Below are positions 14,271-26,900 of a DNA stretch of 38,364 nucleotides, in pieces. The stretch lies in the IMG/VR virus record IMGVR_UViG_3300037524_000021, positions 1 through 38,364 of that record. One strand, written 5' to 3'. Source of the DNA: a virus. Taxonomy: Duplodnaviria; Caudoviricetes. The position numbers and the translations under genes were made by a program. The notes below the pieces were generated by a model. It saw nothing but the letters and a program-made list of their open reading frames with translations, ran no database searches and was not told the origin of the DNA. The stretch's first letter is position 1; each line of letters starts with the position of its first letter.

Positions 14271-15582
14271 ACAATACGTTAGTAGCCCCAGAACCCTTCA
14301 ACTGAATGCCCCGCGTTTCATAGTTAACTGCCGCATCGTAAGCAACCATCCCATAAGACTGATTCATTTGATCTACGTTATTGAATCGCAATGAATCAAT
14401 ACCAATCCAGTGATCGGCACTTGATGTTGAACCGTATATCCTAATGGACTCTACCTGTGACCATGCAAACCCAGCATCATACATCAAGGCCATTCTAGAA
14501 GATGCTGCCTCTCCCAACTGTATGTAATCTGAATAATATGCATTACCACTACTATTTATTTGCAAATCAATAGGATTCACTGTCAATGTCCGTGATCCAG
14601 TTGCTTTTGCCAGATAACTCAAATACCCGGTGGTACTCGTATCACCTTGATAAAACTCTGCAAACTGTGAAAGTGCTGTACCTGAAGTCAGAATGTCATG
14701 TTTGCGTAAAACGGTTGCACCAGCACTAATACTACTAAGACTACGGCTGTCTGCGGAATTAATTGTTGTGGTAACTGTCGTTGCAGTAGTTCTATTAATA
14801 TTCCATACCGCCTTTGCACCAGTACTAGTAATGAACTGTACAGACAGCCTAATGTAACTAGGTGCCGTTGACGACAGTGCGCTATTTACACTAACAAAAT
14901 AAGTAATTGCTAACTCATCAGCACTTGCAGCATTATCAAATGTATACCCACCGACAGGCATTTGTATGTAACTATTGGTTGTCGTCCATACGCTAGGAGA
15001 GGCACCACTGATGCTGCTTGTATCCCCCCGCATGAGAATGCCATGCTTGCCTAGTCTGAAGCCCTCTTTACGAACCCTTCTTGATGGAATTGCATTCCAT
15101 AAACTATCAGACTGTGGGCTATACATCGCTTTGCGCGTTGCCGCTTCGGCATTATGTAACTGAAAGTCTGTATTACCGCTTACCGTTGTAATAATTGACA
15201 GTTCAGAATTATCACTATAAAACCAGCGCTCCGTAGGCTGGAACGTACATATCTGTTGAGAACCTGATCTTTGACTTCCAGCACTTTCTCTATGTGTCCA
15301 TAACCCTACCTCAGTAAACTCCGCTGCGAAGCCTGAGGGTATTTCAGCCGCACACTTGATTGTTCCATCGGCCATCGGTAATGCTGAGATTACTGGCACC
15401 CTTATCACTTCATGATTCATTGCCATTAACGGCTGTGACTGATGCAATCCGATTAACTCGGCTGAACTATTCTTGGGACTAGGAGGTCTAGCACCGATAC
15501 CTAACGATAAATAATCAAAACATGAATCGGATATACCACTGAGTTTCTTTGCAATGATCCTCTTGCCTGCATCTGTAATCAT
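14251..15582 (-). CDS. Minor tail protein
   Basis: N-terminus MITDAGKRIIAK...FTEVGL resembles tail-collar/fibre anchor domains. Confidence 0.65.
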   Translation of the reverse strand: MITDAGKRIIAKKLSGISDSCFDYLSLGIGARPPSPKNSSAELIGLHQSQPLMAMNHEVIRVPVISALPMADGTIKCAAEIPSGFAAEFTEVGLWTHRESAGSQRSGSQQICTFQPTERWFYSDNSELSIITTVSGNTDFQLHNAEAATRKAMYSPQSDSLWNAIPSRRVRKEGFRLGKHGILMRGDTSSISGASPSVWTTTNSYIQMPVGGYTFDNAASADELAITYFVSVNSALSSTAPSYIRLSVQFITSTGAKAVWNINRTTATTVTTTINSADSRSLSSISAGATVLRKHDILTSGTALSQFAEFYQGDTSTTGYLSYLAKATGSRTLTVNPIDLQINSSGNAYYSDYIQLGEAASSRMALMYDAGFAWSQVESIRIYGSTSSADHWIGIDSLRFNNVDQMNQSYGMVAYDAAVNYETRGIQLKGSGATNVLFEVQVV

Positions 15583-16085
15583 GTAACCTCAACTGTCTCT
15601 ATGCTTGCTGAGAAAGGCACCCAGTCTGCTGCCAATGCTACTTGAATTTCTACATCATATTCTGTAGGTTCATTTTCCAATGCAATACCACGTGAAGTCT
15701 CGCCTTCAATATACCGCGAAACGTTGAGTGGATTGGAGCCGTCTGCCACAAGCCTAGAGAACTCTTGACCCATTAGATTATTAGAATGGTAAGGTCTAAC
15801 TCTGCTTGTCGCTGCCATTGGTGAATAGATTTGATTGATTCCGTCAAGCGAATCGTATCTTAGTATTTTAGACAACTCAACTCCACCAATATCTTGCAGA
15901 ATAAGGTCTGCCATGATATCAATATCATCAGTAGCATATTGATCAATAACCAAGTCTGGGTCTGCGGCTACCGCTACACTTGGATTAACTTGTTCTTGCC
16001 ATGGAGCAGTAGATATTGGATAAGGATTAACAGGATTTGTTGTATACAACGGTCCTGTAGTTGTACTAACGATGCCAGTAGCCAT
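15579..16085 (-). CDS. Putative minor tail protein
   Basis: Coupled to neighbouring genes in the tail operon. Confidence 0.6.
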   Translation of the reverse strand: MATGIVSTTTGPLYTTNPVNPYPISTAPWQEQVNPSVAVAADPDLVIDQYATDDIDIMADLILQDIGGVELSKILRYDSLDGINQIYSPMAATSRVRPYHSNNLMGQEFSRLVADGSNPLNVSRYIEGETSRGIALENEPTEYDVEIQVALAADWVPFSASIETVEVT

Positions 16086-19000
16086 TACACTTCACACAGA
16101 TAGGCTTTATGAGACAAGCCCTCTCCATTCCTTTCATACTCTATATTATACACTACAAAGCGTCTATCAGAAGCGAAGTCTACATTGTTGGTATCTGTAT
16201 AGTCTAGCGTAACAATGTCTCCTAATTGAAGGATTGGGTAGGGGAACAATTCTAATCCCACAAGTAGCCGTGGCCTCGTCAACTCTTCAGCCAGCCATTT
16301 CATGAGTGCTTTAGCATCATCTTGTCGCTGAACATACTCAGTTGTTAATGTGAATTCGTTTCTACCCCGGCGGCGACGGTCAATACGAATGTCCCTAAAG
16401 CGCTCCTTCTCTAGAAGAGGGTCTGTTGCCACCCCCATCTCAGAAGTATACGAATCACTGGCGCTACTGATTTCATTATACAACTCATCAATAGTCAATG
16501 ACCGTTGATTCGTCTGTGTGAACGCCACTCCCTGAATTCTTAGATAATTTCCAGTAGTTTCATCTAGGTTTAGTGCTTTGTCAGTGGCATTGAATACTAA
16601 GAACTCTGCACCATAAGCATGATGTGAGAATCCTGACACAAAGTACGTCTGCATCTTATTGAATGTTGGAGAAATCTTTGCTTTTAAGGCAGGGTATGCT
16701 TTATCAAATTTAATATTAAAGTATGCACACTCACGCATAATTGTACCAAACTCATCAAAGTACATTTGTGTAGATGGTTGCGTATCTGTATTTATTCTAT
16801 CTAAATATGAGTTACGAATCATTCCATTGATTGCATACTTGTTCATTGCCTCAAAGGTATTGACTTCCGTATCCCCGAATGCAGAGGGTAATGACTCTGC
16901 AATAAGAGTAGAAGTGGACGTTGTATCTCTTAAAGCATAGACGTTTTCAAACATTAACTTCGACGTACCACGGCTGAATACCCCGAAGGTATTGCTTAAA
17001 GGCAATGGGCTCGGATCGTCCACCACACCAACCTGTTTGCCATTGATATACAAGAAGAATCGCCTACCCGTACCAATCTGTTTTGACTCAATTGCCAAAT
17101 CATAAACACTTGGGAAATCTTCTGTTGCCTGTCTGGATTGGCCTACAAACTCACCAGAGTCAACAACGATATTGCTGCGGCCACCCCACATCTTGACGGG
17201 TATCGACTTGCTTGTAGAAGAACTGGCTGACGAAGCCATGTTCTTATAGAAGATGACATTGTGTGCATCATCATTTGATGTTCCATCAGCAATGGTAGTA
17301 TTGCTTAAAGCAATGATTTCAAAGAAGTATCCTGTATTATTAGAAGAGTTAAAGTTTGAGACTATTCCACCACTACCGCCCGTCAGAACGTTACCAATTC
17401 CAGCAGCATCACTATAATATGTTGATTCACCAGTAGCCGTCTGTGTGACTTCACCAATCGGCTTGACTTCACCAACGATTCTCATGCGTGTACCGTAATG
17501 CTGGAACGGCGCTTCCAGGGTCTTATGAACAACAAAGAGATTGTTAATGTCAGAAGTAGTATCTTTAACGCCTTGCAGTACCATGGCCGATGACTGCACA
17601 GTTCCAGCCCTAGCAGTTTTGAATCCACCCACTTCAGTTTCAGTGTATTGAACATTTCTAAAGTGATTCTTGATGATACCGTTGACTCGCGTACCGCCGT
17701 TTAACTGAGTTTTACCATTACCACTGCTTGCATAATATACAGTGTCAGGAAGGTCTTTTTCTTGGAACAAATAGTCTGAGTCCTGTTCAATTACTTTTCT
17801 AGTAGAAGTGCTCGTCCACGAATCACTCAACCCCGCCGGGTGAGAGGCGATTGGTGTCTGAAACTGACTACGCCCGTGTCTCTTTATTCCAATAATGCGT
17901 AAGGTTCCATCTTGATTTCTTGCATACTCGGCTTCAGTATAAATACGAATGCGTCCTGTTGGGTATATCTTTCCATAGAACGGTACATCTGCAAAGTACT
18001 TCTGATACTCAGCGTTATTACTGATCCACACATTACCCTGACCTGTGATTGCATACTCAACAGCATCGAACTTAATGATCTCACCATTGGCGTAGAAGTA
18101 CCCGTCATATCTCGGTAGCCAATAAACAGACTCTCCAAGATCAATGATATTGTTCTTCACCTGTCCATTCTGCACATACGGAAGTGTATTTGAAAGACTT
18201 GTATTAAGTACACACGCTCCTAACGAGAACGCACTTTGATTCTGTCCCATTTCATTGTTAGCCCGCACTAACTCAGAACCGCTTGCTTCCCATAACAATA
18301 CCGGCTTGTAGATCAGTAATTGATCCTCATTGATAAAACTCGCTTGCTGTAGCGAGGCAATTGATCGTTGAATGTAACGTTCATTGTAATCAATCTTGCC
18401 ATCGTTATAACGCTTCTTCTCTGCTGACGCAACGCTAATAATGTGCGGAGTTGTTGAATTACCACTCAGCACAGCATCTACTGATCTTTGAGTAGACATA
18501 AGATAGTCTTTATACATGACAATGAAATTGTTGTACTCATCAAAGAACATTGCAGACTGTGTTGAGCGTGCCAGGTCTTGCAGCACTTCGGCTACTGTCT
18601 TTTCATTGCTTGTATAGAAGTAAGGAATGATAACTTCTTCTTTGTCCATTCTCTTAAAATCATAATTAGAAAAGCCAATGTAATCAAGCAGCGTTGCTAT
18701 CGCAACTGACAGTGATACATTTTCCATAAACAGTGAGGGTGCCTTCATCTTCTCAAGCATCCAGAAGGCATCACGCAATTCAAACTTAATTGTTGGCGGC
18801 TCATCCATATTGGGTGGAACTGCTTCATTGTACATTGTCTTTAATGGAATGTGATAGATTATTCCATCTACATCATCTGCCCCCTCATAAAACACAAACT
18901 TCATGTTCATATCAGCAAGAGCGCTGAAGATACTGTTAGGATCATTAAAGAGACTTTCGTTATCAACTAAAGTAATAGAGCCCGTTCCAGGCAGGAGGTA

Positions 19001-20308
19001 TCCCACAGGAAGGTCTGTAGCATCCATAGACGCAGCGGGTGACTTAATAGAATACGACTCCACCATATCGGTCACATCGACTACCATTCGCGGTGACAGT
19101 TCAATAAGATCAAAAGTAGAGTCAACTAGATTCATCTCTTTGACAATAAGACGAATGCCCTGAATATCATCAAGATCACGGTATCGAGTTGCCATTCCGT
19201 TATAATAAGTTTCCATATTGGCAATGTCGTCTATAGGCAATGGCGCATAGTAATCAGACTCTACCAAGTGCCAGTCATAAATTGCAGGTTCGATGTTCCA
19301 TGATCCGTTGTATGTATACAAAAAGCCCGGTGATTGATCAGAGGCTACAAGATAAGCATCATACGTATAAGGATTCTCTGGCAGTTGTGATTGAGAAGAT
19401 ACCTTATCTATATAATTGTACCCGCTCGGAATTCGTAGTCCATATGCTAATTCCACATGGCCGTCTGGGCCGATGATTGAAGAGCCATCTTCTTTTGTTG
19501 TGGCTGCGGTAGCAGTATAAGCGTCTGACCAAATGCCATTCTTCAATACCTGTACCGTCCAGTGTGTAGGAGTCTGCTGATTCCACCATCCGAATGTGGG
19601 GTCGCCAATGTCGGTTCCATTGACTATTACATGATTGCCCTCTACATCAGAAGCATGCGTCTGCATTTTAATAGTAATCCTGTTGGCATAAACTACATTC
19701 TTGTACACCACAAATGGACAAGCATCTTCAATATAGAAAATGTCATTGCCATTATTTTTTGAGATACCCACCGGCATCGTATCGGGGAATCCACCGGGGT
19801 ATCTGTTCTGAGCGTTAGGCTCATCTTTAGGAGAGATTAACCTATATGAAGTCCAGTACTTAAAAGGGTCTTGCTTGCTTGCGGCGTAGTACCGTGGCTG
19901 ACCATCAGCATAGTTATTAGCAGGAATCCATCTGCGTCCTTCTATCATCAGAAGTTTATTGATACCGCTTCGTGGTCTGTTAGGTTGGAAGCAGTCATCT
20001 AATGAGAACAGTGTTTGAAACTTTTCATCTGGGGTAATGTACAATTCAGGATCATTATTGTCATCCAACTCCCCCTCAATGATAGTATCCGCTAACGTAG
20101 CACCTGTGTATTCTCCTAAAGAATCATTCGGATCATATGTAATCACTGGTGTTTTCGATATACCGTTCGATGTGGGACGGTGACGGTAGTTACCTATCTT
20201 ATCGATATTCTCAGGATCGTTTAGATTCCACTCCACGTGTACCGCGCTTGCAGAGCGCACAACCGATGAGGTATCGAGATGTTCCTTGAGAGAGGCATTA
20301 GTCCACAT
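16085..20308 (-). CDS. Large minor tail (tail tip/hub) protein
   Basis: 1407 aa; LQDLARST...FFDEYNNF and LQLGDIV tail-hub-like motifs; second gene after the tape measure. Confidence 0.8.
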   Translation of the reverse strand: MWTNASLKEHLDTSSVVRSASAVHVEWNLNDPENIDKIGNYRHRPTSNGISKTPVITYDPNDSLGEYTGATLADTIIEGELDDNNDPELYITPDEKFQTLFSLDDCFQPNRPRSGINKLLMIEGRRWIPANNYADGQPRYYAASKQDPFKYWTSYRLISPKDEPNAQNRYPGGFPDTMPVGISKNNGNDIFYIEDACPFVVYKNVVYANRITIKMQTHASDVEGNHVIVNGTDIGDPTFGWWNQQTPTHWTVQVLKNGIWSDAYTATAATTKEDGSSIIGPDGHVELAYGLRIPSGYNYIDKVSSQSQLPENPYTYDAYLVASDQSPGFLYTYNGSWNIEPAIYDWHLVESDYYAPLPIDDIANMETYYNGMATRYRDLDDIQGIRLIVKEMNLVDSTFDLIELSPRMVVDVTDMVESYSIKSPAASMDATDLPVGYLLPGTGSITLVDNESLFNDPNSIFSALADMNMKFVFYEGADDVDGIIYHIPLKTMYNEAVPPNMDEPPTIKFELRDAFWMLEKMKAPSLFMENVSLSVAIATLLDYIGFSNYDFKRMDKEEVIIPYFYTSNEKTVAEVLQDLARSTQSAMFFDEYNNFIVMYKDYLMSTQRSVDAVLSGNSTTPHIISVASAEKKRYNDGKIDYNERYIQRSIASLQQASFINEDQLLIYKPVLLWEASGSELVRANNEMGQNQSAFSLGACVLNTSLSNTLPYVQNGQVKNNIIDLGESVYWLPRYDGYFYANGEIIKFDAVEYAITGQGNVWISNNAEYQKYFADVPFYGKIYPTGRIRIYTEAEYARNQDGTLRIIGIKRHGRSQFQTPIASHPAGLSDSWTSTSTRKVIEQDSDYLFQEKDLPDTVYYASSGNGKTQLNGGTRVNGIIKNHFRNVQYTETEVGGFKTARAGTVQSSAMVLQGVKDTTSDINNLFVVHKTLEAPFQHYGTRMRIVGEVKPIGEVTQTATGESTYYSDAAGIGNVLTGGSGGIVSNFNSSNNTGYFFEIIALSNTTIADGTSNDDAHNVIFYKNMASSASSSTSKSIPVKMWGGRSNIVVDSGEFVGQSRQATEDFPSVYDLAIESKQIGTGRRFFLYINGKQVGVVDDPSPLPLSNTFGVFSRGTSKLMFENVYALRDTTSTSTLIAESLPSAFGDTEVNTFEAMNKYAINGMIRNSYLDRINTDTQPSTQMYFDEFGTIMRECAYFNIKFDKAYPALKAKISPTFNKMQTYFVSGFSHHAYGAEFLVFNATDKALNLDETTGNYLRIQGVAFTQTNQRSLTIDELYNEISSASDSYTSEMGVATDPLLEKERFRDIRIDRRRRGRNEFTLTTEYVQRQDDAKALMKWLAEELTRPRLLVGLELFPYPILQLGDIVTLDYTDTNNVDFASDRRFVVYNIEYERNGEGLSHKAYLCEV

Positions 20309-20907
20309 TAGGCTTCCTCAAGTTTAAGATCAACATTCCATAAGTCCATATTGGTACCGCCGCGCTTGACAACATCATATGAGAACTCTGCCAAGAACAT
20401 TTCAATGACTTCATTGTACTCACCAAGTTTATCATACGCACCTACACTGGGGTATCTATCATATGCTAAATACACCCAGAATGATCCTTTGTGACCACGA
20501 TACCATTCTAATAACTCATTACCGCCTGCACCGCCGTCTGCTGTGAACTGATCACGATAACCTTTAGGAAGTGCTTCAAAATTAACTTTTCCAGTCGCAC
20601 CATCGATGGGATTGCCAGTAGCCCATCCACGGCTGGGTAGGTCTTGCCATTGAGTAGAAATAGTTAACTTATCAGCAATCCAGTACGAACGCATTCGTCC
20701 ATTGATAGTACGCTTCCGTGTTTCGATTCTGTCAATACCCATGCTTAACTGCCCTCTATTATGATCAGACAGAATAATGAAGTTTGAAAACTCACTACCA
20801 TCAGGAACATACTTATCGTTTACAAGTGTACCGGGGTTGTCAGCAAAACACAACGCCTGTGGACGTTGATATACCTTTCTACCAACAAAATATGCTTCAG
20901 TTGCCAT
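20308..20907 (-). CDS. Distal tail-like minor tail protein
   Basis: Follows the tape measure; RTINGRMR motif; ends W.V..KLEE. Confidence 0.75.
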   Translation of the reverse strand: MATEAYFVGRKVYQRPQALCFADNPGTLVNDKYVPDGSEFSNFIILSDHNRGQLSMGIDRIETRKRTINGRMRSYWIADKLTISTQWQDLPSRGWATGNPIDGATGKVNFEALPKGYRDQFTADGGAGGNELLEWYRGHKGSFWVYLAYDRYPSVGAYDKLGEYNEVIEMFLAEFSYDVVKRGGTNMDLWNVDLKLEEA

Positions 20908-23900
20908 TAAAACCTACCTCCCCTAATTGTAGCAGCATCGAGACTACGCATCTTACGTACTGCGATATCTGCTACATCATGTTCGTTGAGGTTAGCACCA
21001 TTGATATTGAAAATGATGTTGTCGATATTAACACTACCGCCGCCTGTTGGGCTAGAGCCTACTATTCCTGCATTCATTGCCTGTAGCACAGGACCGAACT
21101 TTGCAACGGCAGCCTTACGAACAACAAACTCTCCTGGGGTTAGCATCGCTGGTACAGAATCATTATTGCCAAAGCCGGGGATTAAACCACCAGTACGCAA
21201 GTTCATTGCGCGTATCTTGGCGCGCTCGTCAGATGTTAGATTGTTACCACTATTCATAAAGTCAACTATTTTTTCACGCTTACCTTGACCAATTTTAGCC
21301 CACAGATCAGCCCAAACTCCATTGCCCTTCGGCTTATTCTTAAATACAGCAGACTTTACAAAGTCTTTATCTGCATTAGAGATTTTATCAAAGTGCTGTT
21401 CGAATTTCTCAAACCCTGGTGGTGGTAACGTTTGACCGAATCCACCTCCACCTCCAACTAGACCCGGTGGGCCTAGACCGCCGCCGCCAGTGCCGCCGCC
21501 AGTGCCGCCGCCAGTGCCACCGCCAGTGCCACCGCCACCTGACGGTGGTGGTGTAACTTGTCCTGCTAGCGCTATAGCATCTTGAATGTTTTTCAAATGC
21601 TGTGCTGAAGCCGCTTGTATTTGATTCCAATAGCCAACGCTTGTAAGCAAATTAATATTATCAATTTCAGTTTGTGCTGTGATATCTGCGGCAGCAAGCG
21701 CTTCTTCTGCTCTGATCAGAGCCATTTGATTTTCAATATCACGTTGTTCTTTTTGTAACTTAGAAATATACTCTTCTAGTTGTATTGTTCGTGCTTTTTG
21801 CTGATTTTCTAATTGGTTACGCATCTGACTCTGACCAAACGCTGCCATATCGGTACGCTGCTGCTGGGCTGCCGCAGCGGCAGCGGCAATGTCTCCTGAC
21901 GACAGAGCGCTGGCTACAGATAACCTACCCCTTTCTAGGTTGGCAATGGCCTGTTGCTGTTCAGCAATCTTATCAAATGTCTCCAATTGCTTCTCGTACT
22001 TCTCATTGATATCATCAATATCTGCCTGCGCCATACTGATGTTTGCTGAACGTACAGCATTTTTAGCATCAAGTTGACTTGATGTTTTACCATACTTTTC
22101 ATAAATTCGTTTATCTGCATTGGCAGCCTTAACATTCTGAACTTGTGAAATCCAATCCTGATAGGCACTTGATAGTTCATTAGAACGCTCTACATCTGTC
22201 ATAGCCAACAGTTCTAACTTTTCAGCAGCAATGGCAGATGCTTCACTTAAGTTTGCCAATTCACCAGCACTAAGTTTTGCAGCATCTTCTAAACTAATAC
22301 CAAGTGTTTGAGCAAGGCGAGCGATCTGTCCTTGAGACTTCTGAGTTATTTGAGAGAGTTGTGAAAGACTTGCTAAATCTGCTAAAGGTTGTCCTAAAGT
22401 TTTGACAGTTTCTTTCTTCTGCTCTTCGTCCTGTTCACGCTTTTCCTTTTCTTCACGAGCCTTATCAAGTTCTTTTTGAATACGCTGTTGCGCCATAAGA
22501 TTTTCTAGATATGCCTGTTGCTTTTTAGGCTTCATCTTATCAAGCATTTGAAGTTGCTCAGTAGACATACCTTCAACTGCATTGACATAATTTTCATTGC
22601 CCGCTCCATAGCGTGCGTTATTGTACAACCCTGGTGAACTCATCAACTCTTGCTTTCGCTTTAGGGCAGCGGCATCATCTTTTGCAGTTTGAACTTCTTC
22701 ACGCATTGTCATCTTATCTTCAAGACGCTTTTCCGCTTGGAACTTCTTGGCAATTCTCTTAGCCTTAGCATCCTTCTTGCCTTTGAACATTCGTGCAATT
22801 TGGCGAGGACTATAATTGTCCATTAAATACTGAGCAAACTCAACGTCCAACTTTTGAAACTCAGGAGCAAGAACTGCATAACCATGCTTAATGATCTTTC
22901 CGAAATTCTTAAAGAGCCTTAAGAAGTTCTCAGTTTCATACATAAGGTTTCGCCACTCATTGTTGAAATCTGCTTGACGACCTTTCGCATCACTTTCTTT
23001 TGGTGGTAGCGGAGTCTTAGTCTTGGACTTTGTAAATGGAGTGCCTGGTGTACCAGAGGCAAACGCCTGTTTTTCATAACGTCCTTCATTGATAGCGCTT
23101 AAAAATGCATATCCATACTTATTAACAGAACTTGCACGGACTACAAACTCTCCATCAGACAATCTAGCATTAACTTTATCATCTGTCGGCCCGCCTGGGC
23201 CAGTTACCCTACCTGGGCCTTTATGAACTCCACCATAAGCCATTGCGGCTACGCCAGTCCACAAACCACCAGTGGCAACCGGGCCTTCTTTACGAACACG
23301 AATAACAACCTCTTCATCTGGAATAGCAGCCAAAGAGGCAGTTGTTGAAGCGGCGACGGCAGCCGCGTTGCTATTCACATTAATACTTGGTGTAGGATTA
23401 AGGTTTCCAACATCAGTAAGCGCATTAAAGGCTCCCTCTGCTTTAGGTGTGGCATTGTCTGTTGCATCTACTGGTACATTAACGCCCGCACCAGCAATTG
23501 TAGCAATTGTATCTCCAAGAGATTGCACTTCGCCCTCAGTGTCGGGAGCATTAGTTGACGTATCTACATTAACGTCCTGCCCGTCTGCTTCTCTTGATTT
23601 TTGAATAAGGTCTTTAAGGTGCTTAATAACAGTGCGAGCGTTGTCCTGAGCATCAATTTTAATCTTTTTCCCAGTCAACCTTTCCGCTTCTTTTTCCAAG
23701 TTCTTAATACGTTGACGCGCTGCATCTGTGCTTGCACTAACAGTAACTTTTTTATCCTTATAGTCTTTAGTAGGATCGCCTTTGCTATCTTTTTTAGTTT
23801 CAACCTTAACAGTAACTTTCTTTTGAACTCTGCTAGCCTGCTTATCAGTAGCCCCCAATTCTTTTGCGGCCAATCTTGCTTCTCTACCGCTCAGATCAGC

Positions 23901-26900
23901 GGCTTTAGCAGCATTAACAAATCTAGTTCCAAAGTTTTTAAGAGCAGTTTGAGCCTGTGGGCCGGTCATCTTACCAATCTCAGTTGTAAACGCTTGCAGT
24001 TTATCTACTGGTAGTTGCTGCGTCATTCCTAGAATGCCCGCCAATGGGCCGCGTGCGTTCCTATTAGTCATCATGTTCTGCATACCAAGTGGATTGAGCG
24101 CTCCGTTTTGTAACTTACTTAAGAGATCAAATTGCGTATTCTGTGCAAGTTGTGAATTACGGATCATATCAGACATAATGATCTTTGATGCATCGCCAGA
24201 GTCTTGTAGCATCTTTGTCAATGATTCAAGAACGGCTCCCTGTTGCTCTGGATTAGCGGCATCAAACATTGTCTGCATACTTTGGCTAGTTGAATCAAGA
24301 CTGTCTCCCAGTTCACCTATACCTTCGCGTGTTTGAGGAATTGTTTTATTCAAATACTCAAGACGCTTTGCGTCGGCATCTCCTAATGGCGCTTCCTTAG
24401 ATTTATCCTGCAATGTACTTCTTTCATCAATAAGCGCATTAAGTTGAGCCTCTAGTGCAAGTCTATTTTGCAAACCACTTTGAATCTGATTGTTCCAGGC
24501 TGATGCTACTAATCCACCCACTCTATTAGCAGATTCTCTCATTTGAGTACCCTGAACTAGACCGCCAGCAACAGTGCCAACCCCTGCTGGGCCGCCAGCG
24601 CTTTGCGCCCCCATACCAATCTGCTGCCATACCGACCTATCCTGTGGACGTTTTGTAGCAGAAGCCTGCTGCGCTTGCTGAGCCTTGAGCATATCAATAG
24701 TAGTCTGTGCATTTTGGGCTTGGCGCTGATACACATCGTTAGCCAAGTCAGCAGGAGATTTCTTTAGTTTAGCCCCCATTAAACCTTCTGTGTAGCGCTC
24801 AATCTGTGCTCCTTGTGCTGGGTTTTCAATCTTAAGGGCAGCAAGGAATGACCGTACATCTGCCGTTCCCATTACACCCTGAATAACATAACTAGCCAAC
24901 TTAGATGCTAAAGAGGTACCGGCTACATTCTGCCCAACGTCCATAGTTGTCTTAGTGTAGTCTGCCAACAACTTCTTACCAACATCTGATTGCAAGAACT
25001 GCTGTGCCGTTGTTAACTGTTCTGTGCTTACCTTAGATTCTTTTGCTACTTGTTGCTGAATATAACTTGTCTTTCCAAAGGCTGTTCCAACTTCATCAAC
25101 ATAATCTGTTGTGTTATTAAGCGCATTACCAAGATCAATCCCCTGCTGGCGAGTCTTTTCATTGAACATCTGCCAGCCCTTAACAGTTACAAATGCTGCG
25201 GCGGCGACGGCACCTATTGCAATTCCTGCTGGGCCTAATGAAGCCGCTACCGTACTTAATCCGGCCACCACTTTAGCGGCTACTCCTGGGAAGAATTGCG
25301 TTGCCATACCGACACCCATAAGCCCATTAGCAGCAAACTCCGCTGCGGCTGGAACTTCTTTACCTGCCATTTCCAGACCAGAAAGCACAGTCATTCCAAG
25401 CATGCCCGCGCCCATGAGGCCCATTCCTGTAAAGCGGCGAGGCTGCCTTACAGTTCTTGCATTAGCATTTTCAAGACTTGCCTGTGCAGCAGTAGAATAA
25501 CCAATCTTCATTGGCTTAGGAGTAGGAATCTTTGCGGGCTGGTTCAGCAACTTCTTTGTTTGTGTAGTTTCTGGTGTAAGAACACCCTTATACTTTCCAT
25601 CTGTTCCGTATATTATTTGAGGTAATGGTTTAGATGGAGAAGGCTGCGGAGTTGTTTCCAACTGCTTAGGGACTACATTCTCAAGTGTCTTTGCGGGGAG
25701 GGTACCTGGCTTTAGACCGGCCTGTACCGTTCGCACTTCGTCAAGAGACATTGGCACCTTACCACCCAAATGCATTCTTTGAGCCTGAAGAATTGCTGCA
25801 TCATAATTGCCTTGGAATCCTTCGCGCCCGCCCAAGCGTTCGATAAGAGCAGGAACACCACCCGGTATTTTAGCAGCATTTCGCCAAGAACCCGGCAACG
25901 ACACCGACTTGCCTCCAACCTCTAGCGTTCCCCAATTACCAGTTTGTGCAAGCGCCGCTTGTACCTCTGGTCTAAACTGCGCGGCCTCCCTAGCAAAAAC
26001 ATCATCTGCTATTCGTTGAATCGAATATCCAGTAGTTCTCCCTGCGGCTTTCTGTACGTCTTTACTTAAAGTCCCTGTATCAGAAACATAAGAGCCTGGT
26101 GGAAGTCGCTCAATATCTCCCACAACACCCTCATAAATGGCTCTCTGTACACGCTGTCCCTCTTCGCCTTTAATCCAACCAATTTGATTGTTAAGGCCAC
26201 GAATACCAAGGTTGCTAGCAATTGTAGGCATGATATTAGCAGTTGTAAAGTTACTACCTTGCGCTCTAATAGTCTTTGCCCACTCGGCAGCGGTCACTCC
26301 ATGAACAGTTCTGTTATTGAATGGGCCAGTTCCCATGAATATTCTATTGTTTTGACCGAATACCTCAGTACCAAGCGTCCCGGCGGGGGCGGTGGCACCA
26401 GGCACGGGCACCATACCTGTCGCAGCACGAGTACCAGTTTTGGCGGTTGTAGCAACGCTACCAGTAGCAGCACCAGTCTGAGCAGCAATCAATGCTTGCA
26501 ATTGTGAAGTAAGTAATTTAGCAGCATTAGCCTGAGCGTACAGTCCAGTAGCCGCTCTCTCAGAAGCGGTAGCCAATGAATTAGCAGCAGCAGTGGCGTT
26601 CAATTCTTCAGTAGTAATATACGATAGACTACCTTTACCCATCATAAAGCGGAAGGCAGACTTTACAGCCATACCGGCCTTGATCATCATACCGATGAAG
26701 TTAGCAATAACACCGACAACCATGGTTACTACACCGGCTACTGCGACGAACCCTGCTGTCAGTACCGCTCCCCACTTGGCAACCTTATTAGTAGCAAAGA
26801 AGTTGATAACTGGTGTAATCGCTGTCAGAATCTTGGCTCCAATATCAGAGAACAATGCTCCTAACGGTGCCGCTGCGGCCTTCAGTTCTTCAATCGACTT

